From Squalus acanthias (taxonomy: Eukaryota), in assembly GCA_030390025.1 (NCBI GenBank), contig CM059431.1:108440001-108504000 (forward strand): a stretch of 64,000 nucleotides of DNA, read 5' to 3'. Both the position numbers and the translations under genes were made by a program. The first letter of the stretch is position 1; the number at the start of each line of letters is the position of its first letter. The notes below the pieces were generated by a model, which did not search any database, was not told the origin of the DNA, and worked only from the letters and a program-made list of their open reading frames with translations. Below, piece by piece: positions 39,011 through 51,782 of this stretch.

Positions 39011-41915
39011 TGAAACCAAAATTCCTCCTACAACTCCCCAAAATGTCACCACATTCATCCATCCCCCATTTATGAAATATGGGAGGTATTAGTGAAGCAT
39101 ACTTAAAGACCCCCCCCCCCACCCCTGCACTCAAAAAAGTAGTTAAATTAAAGAGATACAAATTAAACTGTGGCTATTGTAAATCTCAAATTTTAAATGA
39201 AAAAAAGAATAAATGTTGGAAATGGACCAAGATCTGTCAGAAAAAGAAAGGTTAATGTTTTCTTTGTGACCTTTCATCGGAGCTTTGACTAAGGATCACA
39301 TCTGAAACGTTAACCTATCTTTTGCTCCCGGATGTTGGTCCTGCTGCTGTGCATTTTCCACATTTTCTGTTGTTATTAACTTTCTTAAGCATGCACATAC
39401 TTTATCTACATCTATGTACAGGTGTGACAACACACACAAAATATACCAGCTAATTCTTTTAGAACGGCCGTGACATTGTCTGGAAGATTAAAAGGAAAGC
39501 TCCAATCAATCTGTCCACACAAATTTAAATACCGAACCCAGTACATGATAGAGGGTCTCAGCGTAAAGAAGGTGCAAGTCTCCATAATGCTGTACACTTC
39601 CCACAGTTTCTTTGTTATTTTCCATCTATTTTTTAAAAGATTCTGCTAAAGTTTACATTTTGTGATCAGTGTTGTGTTAACTGTCGGAATTAATTTCTGT
39701 ATTGAACGCATTGGCTTTGAGAGCTAACTGCAAACATCTGTATCCCTATTGGAGCTGCATTCGTGCATCCCTCTGGCCTTTGATCTATTTGTTTGAAAGA
39801 TTGCCTCTTCTTTCCATGATTCCTCCAGTTGGTCGCAGCAGACAAGAGTACATCTGCAGTGTTCTTGCTGTAGGGACAATGCTCTTTTGAACAAATAGAT
39901 TCCGTCAATGGGCAAAATGGCTCCTTGATAAATCAAAACAGGTTTTGAATTATTTTCAGAAGTGCACCACATCTGGGCTGATTTCAAGTGAATAGTTTTC
40001 CCTTCGTGAATTGTAGTGAGCCGCTGAATATTTACACTTCTACTCTTCCAGACTCTCTGGATATTGAAACATTCCTTTTCAAAACATATCCCATTCAGTA
40101 CGAAACAATAGCAAGAATACTGGTCTTAGAGGAACATTGATTGCAGAAGAATCCTTTTAATCTTTGCCTGCCGGGAACCAAATAATATACAAAAGTTAAA
40201 AGGACTTGTGGGATAAAGGGGATATGGAATGCGTTTTTTTTTCCACTTCTCAGTCGGCGGGATTAACAAATACAACTAAAACTCAATGCAGAGTTTCAAA
40301 AGAAGAGCATATTGGAGGTGCATTATTTATAATGTTCCACTCCAAGTTCAATTTTTGTTGCAGATATATTCATTCTGAATCTATCACCGTCATTGATCTG
40401 TAACGTAGCTAACACCTATAGCAGACAAGTAAAACAGGAAAATAAGGCTTTGTAAGAAAGTATGTAGAATTAAATGGTAGCTGTTCATTTGAGCTATCGG
40501 TCTCCCTCACAAAAAAAACTAGTCTCAGCATTTCACTTTACCTGGCATTTCATCAGCATGCTCCACTACTGTACATTGAGGTCAGAGTACAAGCACTGAA
40601 AGGAGCACTGTCTCCATTACAAAAAAAGTATTTGGCCGAAATGCCTTCATTTGAAAAAAGAGAGAGAGAGCTAGATATCTTTTGTGTCATGGTGATGTCA
40701 GGTGAAAGAGACACAATCCTGATGGAATTGATATCACCTTGTATGTTTGTAAGCAAATTAGAAAGGATTAGCTAAAGACTTGCAAGAAGATACTGCCTCT
40801 TTTAAAATGAAGACTCGAATTGATTGAAATCTCGAATTGCACATCAGAAGAAATGGTACAGCAACTCGGATAACTTGACTCTTATTTTGCCATACTTTCT
40901 TTCTCCTCACGTATAGTTTGCTGATGTGGCAAAAAATGAATGTCAGAAAAACAACTTTAGGGTTGAAATTGCTCTGTGTGATATTAATAACAGATGCATT
41001 AATGCATTTGTATTGATTTCCTCTGTGCACCATTTTAACAAAAGTCATTAACTCAAATAAATGGGCTAATGGCTTCATTAAAATAGCGGACAAAATTATT
41101 TCACACAAACATATTAACTCATTTGTTATCAGCACTTCGCAGTATGATTTAGCCTCTTTGCCAGCTATAATCTGGTAGGAACACTGGGTCAAGACAGTCG
41201 AGGTTAGCAAATCATTTCTGTCTCTTCATTTTTTCCCCCCCAAAAAAAAACATACCATTCCTTTGTGTGACAATTCCTATGACAGATTAATATTGAAAAA
41301 AGTAAACTGCTGTTCAACAAAGAGATGCAGCTCCTCTTCATTTTAATTGATACAACCATGACTACACTTAAAGTACTTAATCGGCTGTGAGCGCTTTGGG
41401 AAGTCCTGCGGTCATGAAAGGTGCTATAGAAATGCAAGTCTTTCTTCTTTTAGATGAAATTAACTGACAATAAGTGTCATTATGAACATCAATCGTTTTA
41501 TATGATTTTTTTTTGATGAAAAAATGTTTGTATTTAAATGGCGATATTGTAGAACTGCCTGGAATGAGTAACTGGCCTTGGGGGAAGCTTTCCTCTGCTC
41601 ATAGGTTACAGTGAAATAGTAAACCTGTTTATAAAGATTTAGTCTATAATCTCACAACCCATTGCACAGAGGAGATCTACGTCCCTGGAGAGAACTGAAT
41701 TAATGTTTACAGCCAATGTTGATGTAACCAATGTCTTAACTCTGCTTCATTGAATCATTGAGACAGAGAAGTGAGGCTGAATATCCAACACTTTTATCTC
41801 AGGCTAATTCAGTACCTACCCCACCATGGTTGGTGCCATAGACACAGTTACTGTTAATTTCTCAGCCTGTACACCTTGTGGTACTGTTCTAAGACACTAT
41901 GGATAAGCTTATATA

Positions 41916-42040
41916 TAAAAGCAAAATACTGCGGATGCTGGAAATCTGAAATAAAAAAAGAAAATGCTGGAAATACTCAGCAAGCCAGGCAGCATCTGTG
42001 GAGAGAGGAACAGAGTTGATGTTTCAAGTAGATGACCTTT
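41916..42040 (-). mobile_element. PLE family A terminal fragment including the distal extension
   Basis: aaaagcaaaatactgcggatgctggaaatctgaaataaaa...gcagcatctgtggagag is the reverse complement of 15790-15893. Confidence 0.8.
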
Positions 42041-42465
42041 ATGACCAGCGGACATCTCAAAGCACTTTACAGTCAATGAAGTACTTTTTGAAGTGCAGTC
42101 ACTGTTGTAATGTAGGAAACGCAGCAGCCAATTTGCGCACAGAAAGGTCCCACAAACAGCAATGTGATAATGACCAGATAATCTGTTTCATTATGTTGGT
42201 TGAGGGATAAATATTGGCCAGGGCACCAGGGATAACTCCCCTGCTCTTCTTCGAAATAGTGCCATGGGATCTTTCACGTCCACCTGAGAGAGCAGACGGG
42301 GCCTCGGTTTAACGTCTCATCCAAAAGACGGCACCTCCGACAGCGCAGCACTCCCTCAGCACTGCACTGGAGTGTCAGCCTAGCTTTATGTGCTCAAGTC
42401 CCGGAAGTGAGACTTGAACCCACAACCTCCTGACTCAGAGGCGAGGATGCTACCCACAGCTGACA
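42040..42465 (-). mobile_element. Deu-domain SINE
   Basis: Matches 2861-3326. Confidence 0.87.
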
Positions 42466-43589
42466 CATATACTTTAATTTATATGGCGCTTGTAATTATC
42501 AATAATTCATATCGCATGATTAGTTTGCAGAATTGTTTTATTTCATCAAAGAGCAAATGATTAATGTGATCAAATGTCTTCACTTTTGAAGAAAGGTACT
42601 CAACATCATTTTGATGGAATACAAACGATTCCGCAGAAGCTCTTAACTATTTTGCATTACAGCAGGATAACGTTGGTATATATTAAAGAGTAACACAATC
42701 GAATGCCATCCCAGTGATAGGAATGCCTTTTAAGGACCAACTTAGCGCAGATTTGATGCGCCGAATGGCCTCCTTCTGTGCTACACTATTCTATGATTCT
42801 CTGATAATGCGTGTGGCTGTGTACGGAACCTGCAAGTAAATATAAATTGTGATATTAAATCTAGGGCTTCTGTCGATTCAAATGCTCTAAAACTTTAGCA
42901 AGTCCAAATGATGGTGTAATTTTAGACTAGTTGCAGTAGTTGCGCTGCTACCTCAATAATATTGTAACTTCAGATCTTTCTACTTACCAGTTTCTATATG
43001 CTTTTTTAGATTTTCGTCTTCTGGATACGTTTTTATTACATGTTTCTGTTCATGTTGCTTTTGTGACTCAAATAAATGGCTCTGCCTGAAAAGCAGCAAT
43101 CACTGCTGAAAGTTGTACTCTGGGACAGCCTGGGACAGTCTGTGTTGACATGCTGAGTGTTGTAGAACACCTGTATAAGCCATGGAAGATTTTAGTTTTA
43201 TGATTATGTAAATAGGTTTGCGCAGAAACTTGAACCATATCTTCACTTCGAAAAACAGTGCAGTTTCAAGCGCAATTTGTGCCCGGATTGCCAATTGCGC
43301 CCAAAGCAGAAACTCCACCTCAACGTACTTGACCACAGGGAAGGAGGCCAACTTGAGATGCTCAAACAGATGCCAGCGGCACGTGATTGGTTGCTGTCAT
43401 GCTTAAGACTAGGAGAGTGAAATTCAACTTTGGTAGGGGTGCAAAATGGGCAGTAGTGCTTTGGCCTTGTGTTATACACCCTGTCTGATTTTCCTTTCCA
43501 TCAACTTTATCAGGTTGGGTGTATAATGGGCAGCTGATCTGTTACCGCCTGATATTATGTAATTACAAAGTATTACAAAGTATTACAAA

Positions 43590-43690
43590 AATGAGAAGTC
43601 GCACAACACCAGGTTATAGTCCAACAGATTTATTTAAAATTACAAGCTTTCGGATCTATCGATCGCCCCTTCTTCAGGTAAAGTTACTAT
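43590..43690 (-). mobile_element. PLE family B terminal fragment with hammerhead-like motif, inside a CR1 tail
   Basis: The minus strand reads TTAC-CTGAAGA...GAAA-GCT-T-GTAA. Flanked by repeated aaagtattacaaa. Confidence 0.7.
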
Positions 43691-43949
43691 GTAAAAGTAT
43701 TACAAAGCACAGAAACAGGCCATTCAGCCCAGCAGGTCTATGCCGGTGTTTATGCTCCACACGAGCCTCCGCCCACCCCATGTCTTGCCCATGTATCCAG
43801 CAAAGGGAACCTGTCAGAGTCATTCAATTCTATTATTCATTGTATCAGCTCCCAGCTGAGAGGTAAGAGGTCCGCAGATAAGAACATGTGCTGCTGATTA
43901 AATAAATTAAGACAGACAGCGCTCTTTTAAACAAAGAAAGAAAGACTTG

Positions 43950-45670
43950 GGGCTGGACTTTACGAACCTCGGCGGGTCCCAACCCCGCTGCTATCTCCAT
44001 CCCGGCCTCCAAAATTAATTTCCCCTGATTGGGCTTGTTAAGGCCGCCGAGCAAGTTTCCCAGCCAATTGGAGGAAAGCGGGTCTGGTGACGTCATTTGA
44101 TGACGTGTCATCAGCCGGTTTCCTTAGACCAGGGCCAACTTTATTTTGACATTTGTGCTGTCAGTGTTCTACAGCATTGAGGTGCTGCAAACACTGACAA
44201 TCATTGCACCCAGGCTCTCCCATGACTCCCTCCATATGCTTATGGAGGGAGTCACAGCATGCAGGAAGGTCCTCTTCCCTTCCAATGGGCAGAAGAGACC
44301 TCGCTAGAAGATCAATACAGCCTGGTTGCACATTGCAGAGTAGGGCACAAGCAGGGATGTGGTCAGGAGGACCTGGGTGCAGTGCTGCAAACATTTCAAT
44401 AATCTCAGTAGATCACGAAGCGTTAGTACAAAGCCACACTCAACCTCATCCTGCTGTGCCTCTCATCACATCCCCATCACTCTGCCTTCCCTACCCTACT
44501 CCTGCACATCCTTATTCACAGCAACTTACCTTGCACCTCCACCCATCCCTCTCTATCTACATTATCACATCCCCATCTCACTACCACCCCTCACACTCAC
44601 CCTCATCCTAGTGCAATCAGACCAACTAACAACACACAAGGGTAGCCACTTGGGTGTTTTATGCAATATTAATGTGAAGTTTCTGTTAATGTTCTGTCAA
44701 ACATTGAAATCTTTATTTTCAACACTTTGCGTTCTTGGACAGATTTGTGTTCATATTTGGAAGTGGCTTAGTGAGTTGCAGTGAATGGTGAGACATAACG
44801 GTACCCCCCGCAAAGGTGATGAGTGTAAAAGAATGGCTTGGGCATTGTAGGGATGCTTTATGGTGTTGGTGTGGGGTGGTGCCAACCTGGCGCATCATGT
44901 GGCAGCCAGGGTGTACAGCATCAAGTGAAGTAAATCTGGCCATGGTGAGGCCATCCCTGGCCTCCTGGGCAGCAATGTGCTCGGGTGCTGATGCCCATGT
45001 CCTGTGCAGCATCAGTTGATTGCAGAGGAGGTTGGTGGTGTGCCTGGTGATGCTGTTGTGCTGGGGATGCTGGTGTTGGGGCTGATCATGATGGGATTCT
45101 GAAGACCAAGATGGGAGAGTTTCAAGGGCATCCATGCTGATGGAATAGATGGCAGGTGAAGTAGAGATGACAGACGCAATCTGTCAATGGTGGGAGAGCT
45201 AATGAGATCAGACTGCATAGAGACTTGTGTAAAGACTTGCAGCATCCTGAATCTGTACTGGAAATGCAATTTAGAGAAGCTAGTGGTTAAGGGAACATGT
45301 TTCAATCAGCTGGGAGCTTTGACTTGACATTTGAAGCTGTCAACTGATCAGCTGAATCAATGGCCACTGACCTCCCGCCTCAGCTTCACAGACGAGCTCT
45401 AGGCACAGCGGGAAACCAGTGGGCGACCTGTCAAATCCAAAAAGCTGGGGGAAAAAAACATTGTTAATGGCTGTAAACAAGCCACTAATGATTTTAATTG
45501 CCTCCTCCACCGCTGTGTGCCAGGTCTGCTCAGCGCTGACAGACCCGACATTTGGTAAAGGCGCGTGGCGGTGAGTTCACAGTGGGGACCCGACCAGCTA
45601 GGGAAAAAAAACACTTTCCCACCCGACCCGCCACCGATCGTGCCCGCTGACCCCCTGCAAAATCCAGCCC
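43950..45670. mobile_element. Non-autonomous Harbinger deletion derivative, inserted in a Deu-SINE tail
   Basis: TIRs gggctggacttt / aaaatccagccc, TSD TTG. Collinear with 7219-8927. Confidence 0.88.
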
Positions 45671-45673
45671 TTG

Positions 45674-46095
45674 GACTTATATGCCACTTTTCATGACCTC
45701 AGGACATCATAAAGTGCTTTACCGCCAATTAAATACTTTTGCCAGGTAATCAATCTTGTAAAGTAGGAAACACGGCAGCCAATTTGCGCACAGTAAGATC
45801 ACACAAACAGCAATGTGATAATCTGTTTGAGGGATAAATATTGGCCAGGACATGGGGAGAAAACCCCTGCTCATCTTCGAGTAGTGCCATGGGATCATTT
45901 ACGTACACCTCGAGCGAGCAGGCGGGGCCTCGGTTTAATATCTGATCTGAAAGACGGCACCTCTGACAGTGCAGCACTCCTCAGTAGTGCACTGGAGCAT
46001 CAGCCCAGATTCTAATGCTCACGTCTCTGGCACAAGACTTGAACTAACAACCTCTGACTCAGAGGCGAGAGTGCTACCTAAGGCACGGCTGACAC
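45674..46095 (-). mobile_element. Deu-domain SINE (its tail continues at 43933-43949)
   Basis: Matches the other copies and is split by the Harbinger derivative. Confidence 0.8.
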
Positions 46096-47556
46096 GAGGA
46101 GTGGTTTCTTTTCAGTTTGCTCACAAGTTTGTCCTATGCACAATAGTTATGAAATACCACTGCTGTACGGGGTCTGCATGCCGCCCCCTGTGGGGAACGG
46201 ACAGGGCTGCGCTAAATATTTGGGAAGCACTTAAATGGAAAAAGTCTCTGTAAAGGGAATAAAAATGCTGTAAAATGTGGGTTTACTTAACATACCATTA
46301 AGTTTTATGGATGTCTTCATCGTAAGATAAATAAAGAAACTTTCAAATTATTTTGATTTTTAAAGCTAAATTTGTTGCGTTCAGTTAGAGTATAAAAACC
46401 TGTTTCAGTTGTTTTGCTTGGACTGAGTTAGATTAAAGTTGTCTCCAAATGAAATAGATTTTTGAAAAGATATATCAGTAAATCACTATCCATTATTTTT
46501 ATATTTTGTTTTCAACAATGTGCTTAAGTCGTAAGAACTTAAGAACATAAGAATTAGGAGCAGGAGTAGGCCACATGGCCATTCAATAAGATCATGGCTG
46601 ATCTTCTGCCTCAACTCCACTTTCCCACCCGCTTTTCAAAATATTGGTGGCCTTTCAGACTGGACTCCTGCCTCATATGGAGCTAAGATTATCATACCAG
46701 TTTCCACATCTGATTTATTGCCTGGAACTTTTGATATAATGAAAGGAAAACTTTGAGTTGAGAAGTATGAACTATTTCGTGAAACCGAACTAATTTGATC
46801 GTCACAAAGGAAAGTGAATTTTTTTAAATGTTGAACAGTGCCCTTTATTTTAATTCGACGGCATCACTTTATTCTGGAAATGTTTAGTGAATCAACAGAA
46901 ACTCCCTGTGAGACTCTCGGGTGTTTTACTTTCTCTACATTAATGAAGGCAGGGCTGGTCTCTAGGCTCTCTGTTTTAGTACAACTATGGGGAATTATAG
47001 TATGTGTTAGATGGAATTGTCCTGTGAGCGCCACTATTTTGGCACTATGCATACTGAGTGGAAAATTTCTTTCTGGCCATTAAATCTACTTTGGACATTA
47101 TTAAGTCTGACTCATAGTTTGCACTGTGAATTAACAGCAGGCGTTAAACATTGCCACCCAAGTAGAAAATCACTAAGTAAACCAGTAATTTAGGGTAGAA
47201 TATGCTCACTAAACCCAGTAATGATGTTGTTTATTTTCCTCATTAAGCATTTGCGCAATTAAGGCACATTAGAAATAGAGTTTAATTCTTTCCTACTTTA
47301 AGAAAATACTAAGCCACAAATCTACCATATATTTCTGCAATGCACACAAGACTGTTGTGATTTACAGAACTATTGCAATTAGTTATCGGATTTCATTTAA
47401 AATTGACAGGATTAAAAAATATTGCGAGAATATTGTCGCCGAACTTGAGAAGACAGAGCTATTTTCACTAGAACTGAGAAGGTTCAAAGGGAAATAACAA
47501 CAGAAAACGCTGGAAAAACTCAGCAGGCCAGGCAACATTCGTGGAGAGAGAAAGAG

Positions 47557-47592
47557 AGTTAACGTTTCAGGTCGAAACCCTTCGTCGGAACT
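47557..47592 (-). ncRNA. Hammerhead motif of PLE family A with core variant CCGACGA
   Basis: The minus strand reads AGTT-CCGACGA-A-GGGTTTCGACCT-GAAA-CGT-T-AACT. Confidence 0.6.
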
Positions 47593-47863
47593 GAAAGAGC
47601 AAGAAATAAACAGATAAAAATGCAAGGGGGAGGCTGGGGGGAGGAATAAAAGAACAAAAGGGATGGTCTTTAGTGAGTAGAGACATTGAGAGATGCTCAA
47701 GGCAAGACGAGATGGTAATGCGACAGGTTGAGAAACAAAAGGTAAGGTGTGAAATGCTGGCAGAATCAGAGACAGCTGCCGTGGGGGGAGAGAGAGAAAA
47801 AAAGGAAGAAGGCACGGACCAAAAGAGTGGATAAAATGTATACATATGTGGTAGGGGCCGGGG

Positions 47864-50518
47864 TTATGATCTGAAATTGTTGAACTCGATATTGAGTCCG
47901 GAAGGCTGTAAAGTGCCTAAACGGAAGATGAGGTGCTGTTCCTGGAGCTTACGCTGCGCTTCCGTGGAACAATGCAAGAGGCCGAGGACGGTGAGGTCTG
48001 AGTGAGCGTGGAGTGGTGAATTAAAATGACAAGCGACCGGAAGCTCGGGGTCACCCTTCCGGACTGAACGGAGGTGTTCCGCAAAGCGGTCACCCAATCT
48101 GCGTTTGGTCTCCCCAATGTAGAGGAGACCACATCGTGAGCAGCGAATACAGTATACTAGATTGCAAGAAGTACAAGTAAATCGCTGTTTCACCTGGAAG
48201 GGGTGTTTGGGGCCCTGGAGAGTGGGAAGGGGGGATGTATAAGGGCAGGTGTTGCATCTCCTGCGCTTGCACGGGAAGGTGCCGGGTGAAGGGGAAGGGG
48301 TGCAAGGGGTGATAGAGGAGTGGACTAGGGTGTCTCGGAGGGAGCGGTCCCTACGGAATGCTGAAAGGGGAGGTGAGGGGAAGATACGTTTGGTGGTGGG
48401 ATCACGTTGGAGGTGGCGGAAATGGCGGAGGATGATCCGTTGAATGTGGAGGCTGGTGGGGTGAAAGGTGAGGACAAGGGGAACTCTATCGTGGTTCTGG
48501 GAGGGAGGGGCCGGGGTGAGGGCAGAAGTGCGGGAGATGGAACGGACACGGTCGAGGGCCGTGTTGACCACGGTAGAGGGGAATCCTCGGTTGAGGAAAA
48601 AGGAAGACATGTCGGAAGCACTGGTATGGAAGGTGGCATCGTCGGAGCAGATGCGGCGGAGACGGAGAAACTGGGAGAAGGGAATAGAGTCCTTACAGGA
48701 GGCGGGGTGGGAGGAAGTGTAGTCCAGGTAGCTGTGGGAGTCAGTGGGCTTGTAGTGAATGTTGGTCAATAACCTATCCCCAGAGATGGAGACGGAGAAG
48801 TCGAGGAAGGGGAGGGAAGAGTCGGAGATGGACCATGTGAAGGTGAGGGAAGGGTGGAAATTGGAGGCAAAGTGAATGAAATTGTCTAGTTCAGGGCGAG
48901 AGCAGGAAACGGCACCGATACAGTCATCAATGTACCGGAAAAAGAGGTGAGGGAGGGGACCCGAGTAGGACTGGAACAAAGAGTGTTCCACATATCCCAC
49001 GAAAAGGCAGGCATAGCTAGGACCCATGCGGGTACCCATAGCAACACCTTTGATTTGGAGGAAATGAGTGGAGTCAAAGGAGAAGTTGTTCAATGTAAGA
49101 ACAAGTTCAGCCAGGCGGAGGAGGGTGGCGGTGGATGGGGACTGGTTGGGCCTCTGTTCAAGGAAGAAGCGGAGCGCCCTCAGGCCATCCTGGTGGGGGA
49201 TGGAGGTGTAGAGGGATTGTACGTCCATAGTGAAAAGGAGGCAGTTGGGGCCAGGAAACTGGAAACTGTTAAAGTGGCGGAGGGCGTCAGAGGAATTGCG
49301 GATGTAGGTGGGAAGGGACTGGACAAGGGGAGAAAAAATAGAATCGAGATAGGAAGAGATAAGTTCCGTGGGGCAAGAGCAGGCTGAAACGATGGGTCTA
49401 CCAGGGCAGTCCTGTTTGTGGATCTTGGGAAGGAGGTAGAAGCGGGCTGTGCGGGGTTGGGGAACTATGAGGTTGGCGGCCGCGGTGGGAAGATCTCCAG
49501 AGGAGATGAGGTCAGTGACAGTCTTGGACACGGTGGCTTGATGTTCTGTAGTGGGGTCATGGTCCAGGTGGAGGTAGGAGGAGATGTCGGAGAGTTGGCG
49601 TTCAACTTCCGCTAGGTAGAGGTCGGTTCGCCAAACAACAACAGCACCACCCTTGTCAGCAGGTTTAATGACAATGTCGGGGTTGGATCTGAGAGAATGG
49701 AGTGCTGCAAGTTCAGAGGGAGGTAGGTTGGAGTGAGAGAGGGGAGCAGAGAAATTGAGCTGGCCGATGTCACGGCGGCAGTTAGCAATGAAAAGATCTA
49801 GAGAGGGTAAGAGGCCAGAGGGAGGGGTCCAGGTGGAACGAGAATTCTGAAAGCGGGAGAAAGGGTCAGCCGTGCGGGGGGAAGACTCCTGGCCAGAGAA
49901 GTGGGCACGGAGACGGAGGCGGCGGAAAAAGAGCTCAGCATCGTGCCGAGCTCGAAATTCATTGAGATGGGGGCGTAAGGGGATGAAGCTGAGGCCTTTG
50001 CTGAGGACTGATCGTTCGGAGTCAGAGAGGGGAAGGTCAGAGGGGATAGTGAAAACGCGGCAGGGGGTGAGATTGGGAGAAGGGGGGTCAGAGGAAAGTG
50101 AAGGGGAAGAAGGTTCCGGAGGGGCGTTAGTGTCCAAGAGTTGTTGAAGCTTGCGATCCTTGACATCGGAAAGGAAGAAGAAAAGTTTTTTGTTGAAGTG
50201 TCGGATGAGTCTATGGATGAAATGGAACTGTGGACCCGGACAGCTTTGAGATAGAGTGCGTCGGTGCTGCTGAAGAGAGATGTCGAGAGTGTTCATGTGG
50301 CGCCGCATGGCGTTGAGTGTGGATCTCAAGATGCGGCGAGAGCAGTAGTTCGAGGAACGATGAATATCTTGGAGATATTTGTAATCCTGAGTTGATCCGA
50401 AGCACGAAGGGTGGAAGTTTAGTAGGAATCCACGTGGGATAAGTCGGAACCGGAGACAGTTGCTGAGGAAAGTAATGTGGCTGTGAAACCGAGTCTTGGC
50501 AGATACCTGATCAAACAC
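47864..50518 (-). CDS. PLE reverse transcriptase plus GIY-YIG endonuclease (about 885 uninterrupted codons, native start missing)
   Basis: Motifs 'IKPADKGGAVVV', 'FYLLPKIHK', 'GRPIVS', 'FTMDVQSLYTSI', 'GVAMGTRMGPSYA' and 'FRYIDD'. Cys linker 'CKRRRCNTC', then 'NLVYCIRCSRCGLLYIGETKRRLGDRFAEH'. Confidence 0.93.
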   Translation of the reverse strand: MFDQVSAKTRFHSHITFLSNCLRFRLIPRGFLLNFHPSCFGSTQDYKYLQDIHRSSNYCSRRILRSTLNAMRRHMNTLDISLQQHRRTLSQSCPGPQFHFIHRLIRHFNKKLFFFLSDVKDRKLQQLLDTNAPPEPSSPSLSSDPPSPNLTPCRVFTIPSDLPLSDSERSVLSKGLSFIPLRPHLNEFRARHDAELFFRRLRLRAHFSGQESSPRTADPFSRFQNSRSTWTPPSGLLPSLDLFIANCRRDIGQLNFSAPLSHSNLPPSELAALHSLRSNPDIVIKPADKGGAVVVWRTDLYLAEVERQLSDISSYLHLDHDPTTEHQATVSKTVTDLISSGDLPTAAANLIVPQPRTARFYLLPKIHKQDCPGRPIVSACSCPTELISSYLDSIFSPLVQSLPTYIRNSSDALRHFNSFQFPGPNCLLFTMDVQSLYTSIPHQDGLRALRFFLEQRPNQSPSTATLLRLAELVLTLNNFSFDSTHFLQIKGVAMGTRMGPSYACLFVGYVEHSLFQSYSGPLPHLFFRYIDDCIGAVSCSRPELDNFIHFASNFHPSLTFTWSISDSSLPFLDFSVSISGDRLLTNIHYKPTDSHSYLDYTSSHPASCKDSIPFSQFLRLRRICSDDATFHTSASDMSSFFLNRGFPSTVVNTALDRVRSISRTSALTPAPPSQNHDRVPLVLTFHPTSLHIQRIILRHFRHLQRDPTTKRIFPSPPLSAFRRDRSLRDTLVHSSITPCTPSPSPGTFPCKRRRCNTCPYTSPLPTLQGPKHPFQVKQRFTCTSCNLVYCIRCSRCGLLYIGETKRRLGDRFAEHLRSVRKGDPELPVACHFNSPLHAHSDLTVLGLLHCSTEAQRKLQEQHLIFRLGTLQPSGLNIEFNNFRS

Positions 50519-50535
50519 GAGAAGGTTCAAAGGGA

Positions 50536-50890
50536 GCCTGATGGAGTACGTCAAGATTAAAAAAGGATTTTGATGAGGTAAATAGTGAAAGATAATTTCA
50601 ACTGGTCAAAACGGCAATCAGATGGCACAAATTTAAGATAATCAGAAAGAATTAAAGAAGAACTTAGGAAAAAAATCTTTAAGCTGAAGATGGTTAGAAT
50701 AGGTCTCAAACTGTTGTGGAAGCGAGTCTAAAAAATTTCTTTAAACAAGGAACATAGATAGTTGCTTGAAAAAGAGGAATATTAAAGTGTATGAAGAGTG
50801 ACCAGGTGAGTGGGATTGGATGAGATAGTTCATGTGGAGACTTGATGGGCTGAATGGCTTGTTTCTGTGCGGAAATGTTCTACGATTCTA
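50536..50890 (+). mobile_element. Old CR1 3' fragment (host of the PLE; 5' part at about 47430-47492)
   Basis: gaactgagaaggttcaaaggga|gcctgatggag... reads as 'ELRRFKGSLME'. Tail ttgatgggctgaatggcttgtttctgtgc. Confidence 0.7.
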
Positions 50891-50891
50891 G

Positions 50892-51782
50892 GGGGGAGAA
50901 ATTCGGTATCGCCCCATTTGGGGCGCAATTATCGGCCGGGTGCAAAGTTTAGCGCCTGACTCTAATTATCGCCTCCGACTGCAAACTTGGCTTCTATCGC
51001 CCCTGGAGGTGATTGGAGCACTAAATCAGGCGTTACACACCTCTCTTAAGGTGCTAATGCCGAGGAGTGAGGCGCTATCTTAGAGCGCTGGCGAAGCTCA
51101 TGTGATGTCAGTCAGCAATGGAACACAGACACACTGGTGCTGGCCAGTTGTTAAAGGGGAGGGTCGATCTTGCTCTCCATCCACACCTTTCTCATTGCAG
51201 CCTTGAATCTCGGCCTGGAGAGACCTGTACATCAAATCTGCTGGAAAGAACAATGGAGAGGCCCAGGGAAAGATATCAGAGTGCAGCCCCCATAGTCTCT
51301 TCTAAATCGATGCAAGGAAGATCAAATCAAAATGAACCTGCACAGTGCTGCTCAGTACCCAAAACTCCTCAACACAGCGTTGAATATCTCCAGAAGTCTC
51401 TCTCTCTCACTCAGAATGCGTGGTGAAAAATTGTCGCCGAAAAAGAAGGCAGGAACCGGTCGCCTTTAAATAGCGCTCCCCCAGTCCCTTCCCGACTGCA
51501 AAATGCTCCCCTCAACCTGTCGTTGCTAGCGGCAGGCGGTAAGGCAGGGGGCGCCACTCAATATCTGGTCCGGGGCGCTACCGGGGCGTTGCACACTCGA
51601 CTGATGTCACGATCTGTGGGCGCAGGAGATTGTGGCGGAAGTGTTTAGCGCCGCCGCAAAATGTCTGGTTAATTTTGCGAGCGTCGCAAACATCGTCGCA
51701 CCCGGGCGCTAGTTGCTTTGAGCCCCATTAGCGTCCTCTTAAGGCACTAATGGAAGGTGCAAACCAACCGAATTTTTCCCCC
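50892..51782. mobile_element. MITE family M2, second copy
   Basis: TIRs gggggagaaattcgg / ccgaatttttccccc, TSD TAG. Reverse-complement homologue of 18632-19505. Confidence 0.88.

Larger units (their letters stand above)
47493..50518 (-). mobile_element. Penelope-like retroelement, family A (Neptune-like), slightly 5'-truncated
   Basis: 17-bp TSD gagaaggttcaaaggga at 47476-47492 and 50519-50535. Long intact ORF plus 3' terminal region. Inserted in an old CR1. Confidence 0.93.

Noticed and set aside
40558..41210. ORFs of 70-150 codons on either strand
   Set aside because: No recognisable domain or convincing splice signals; compatible with chance.
50519..50554. N-terminus of the 896-aa PLE ORF
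   Set aside because: Derived from the TSD and flanking CR1, with a TTG start; not part of the element.
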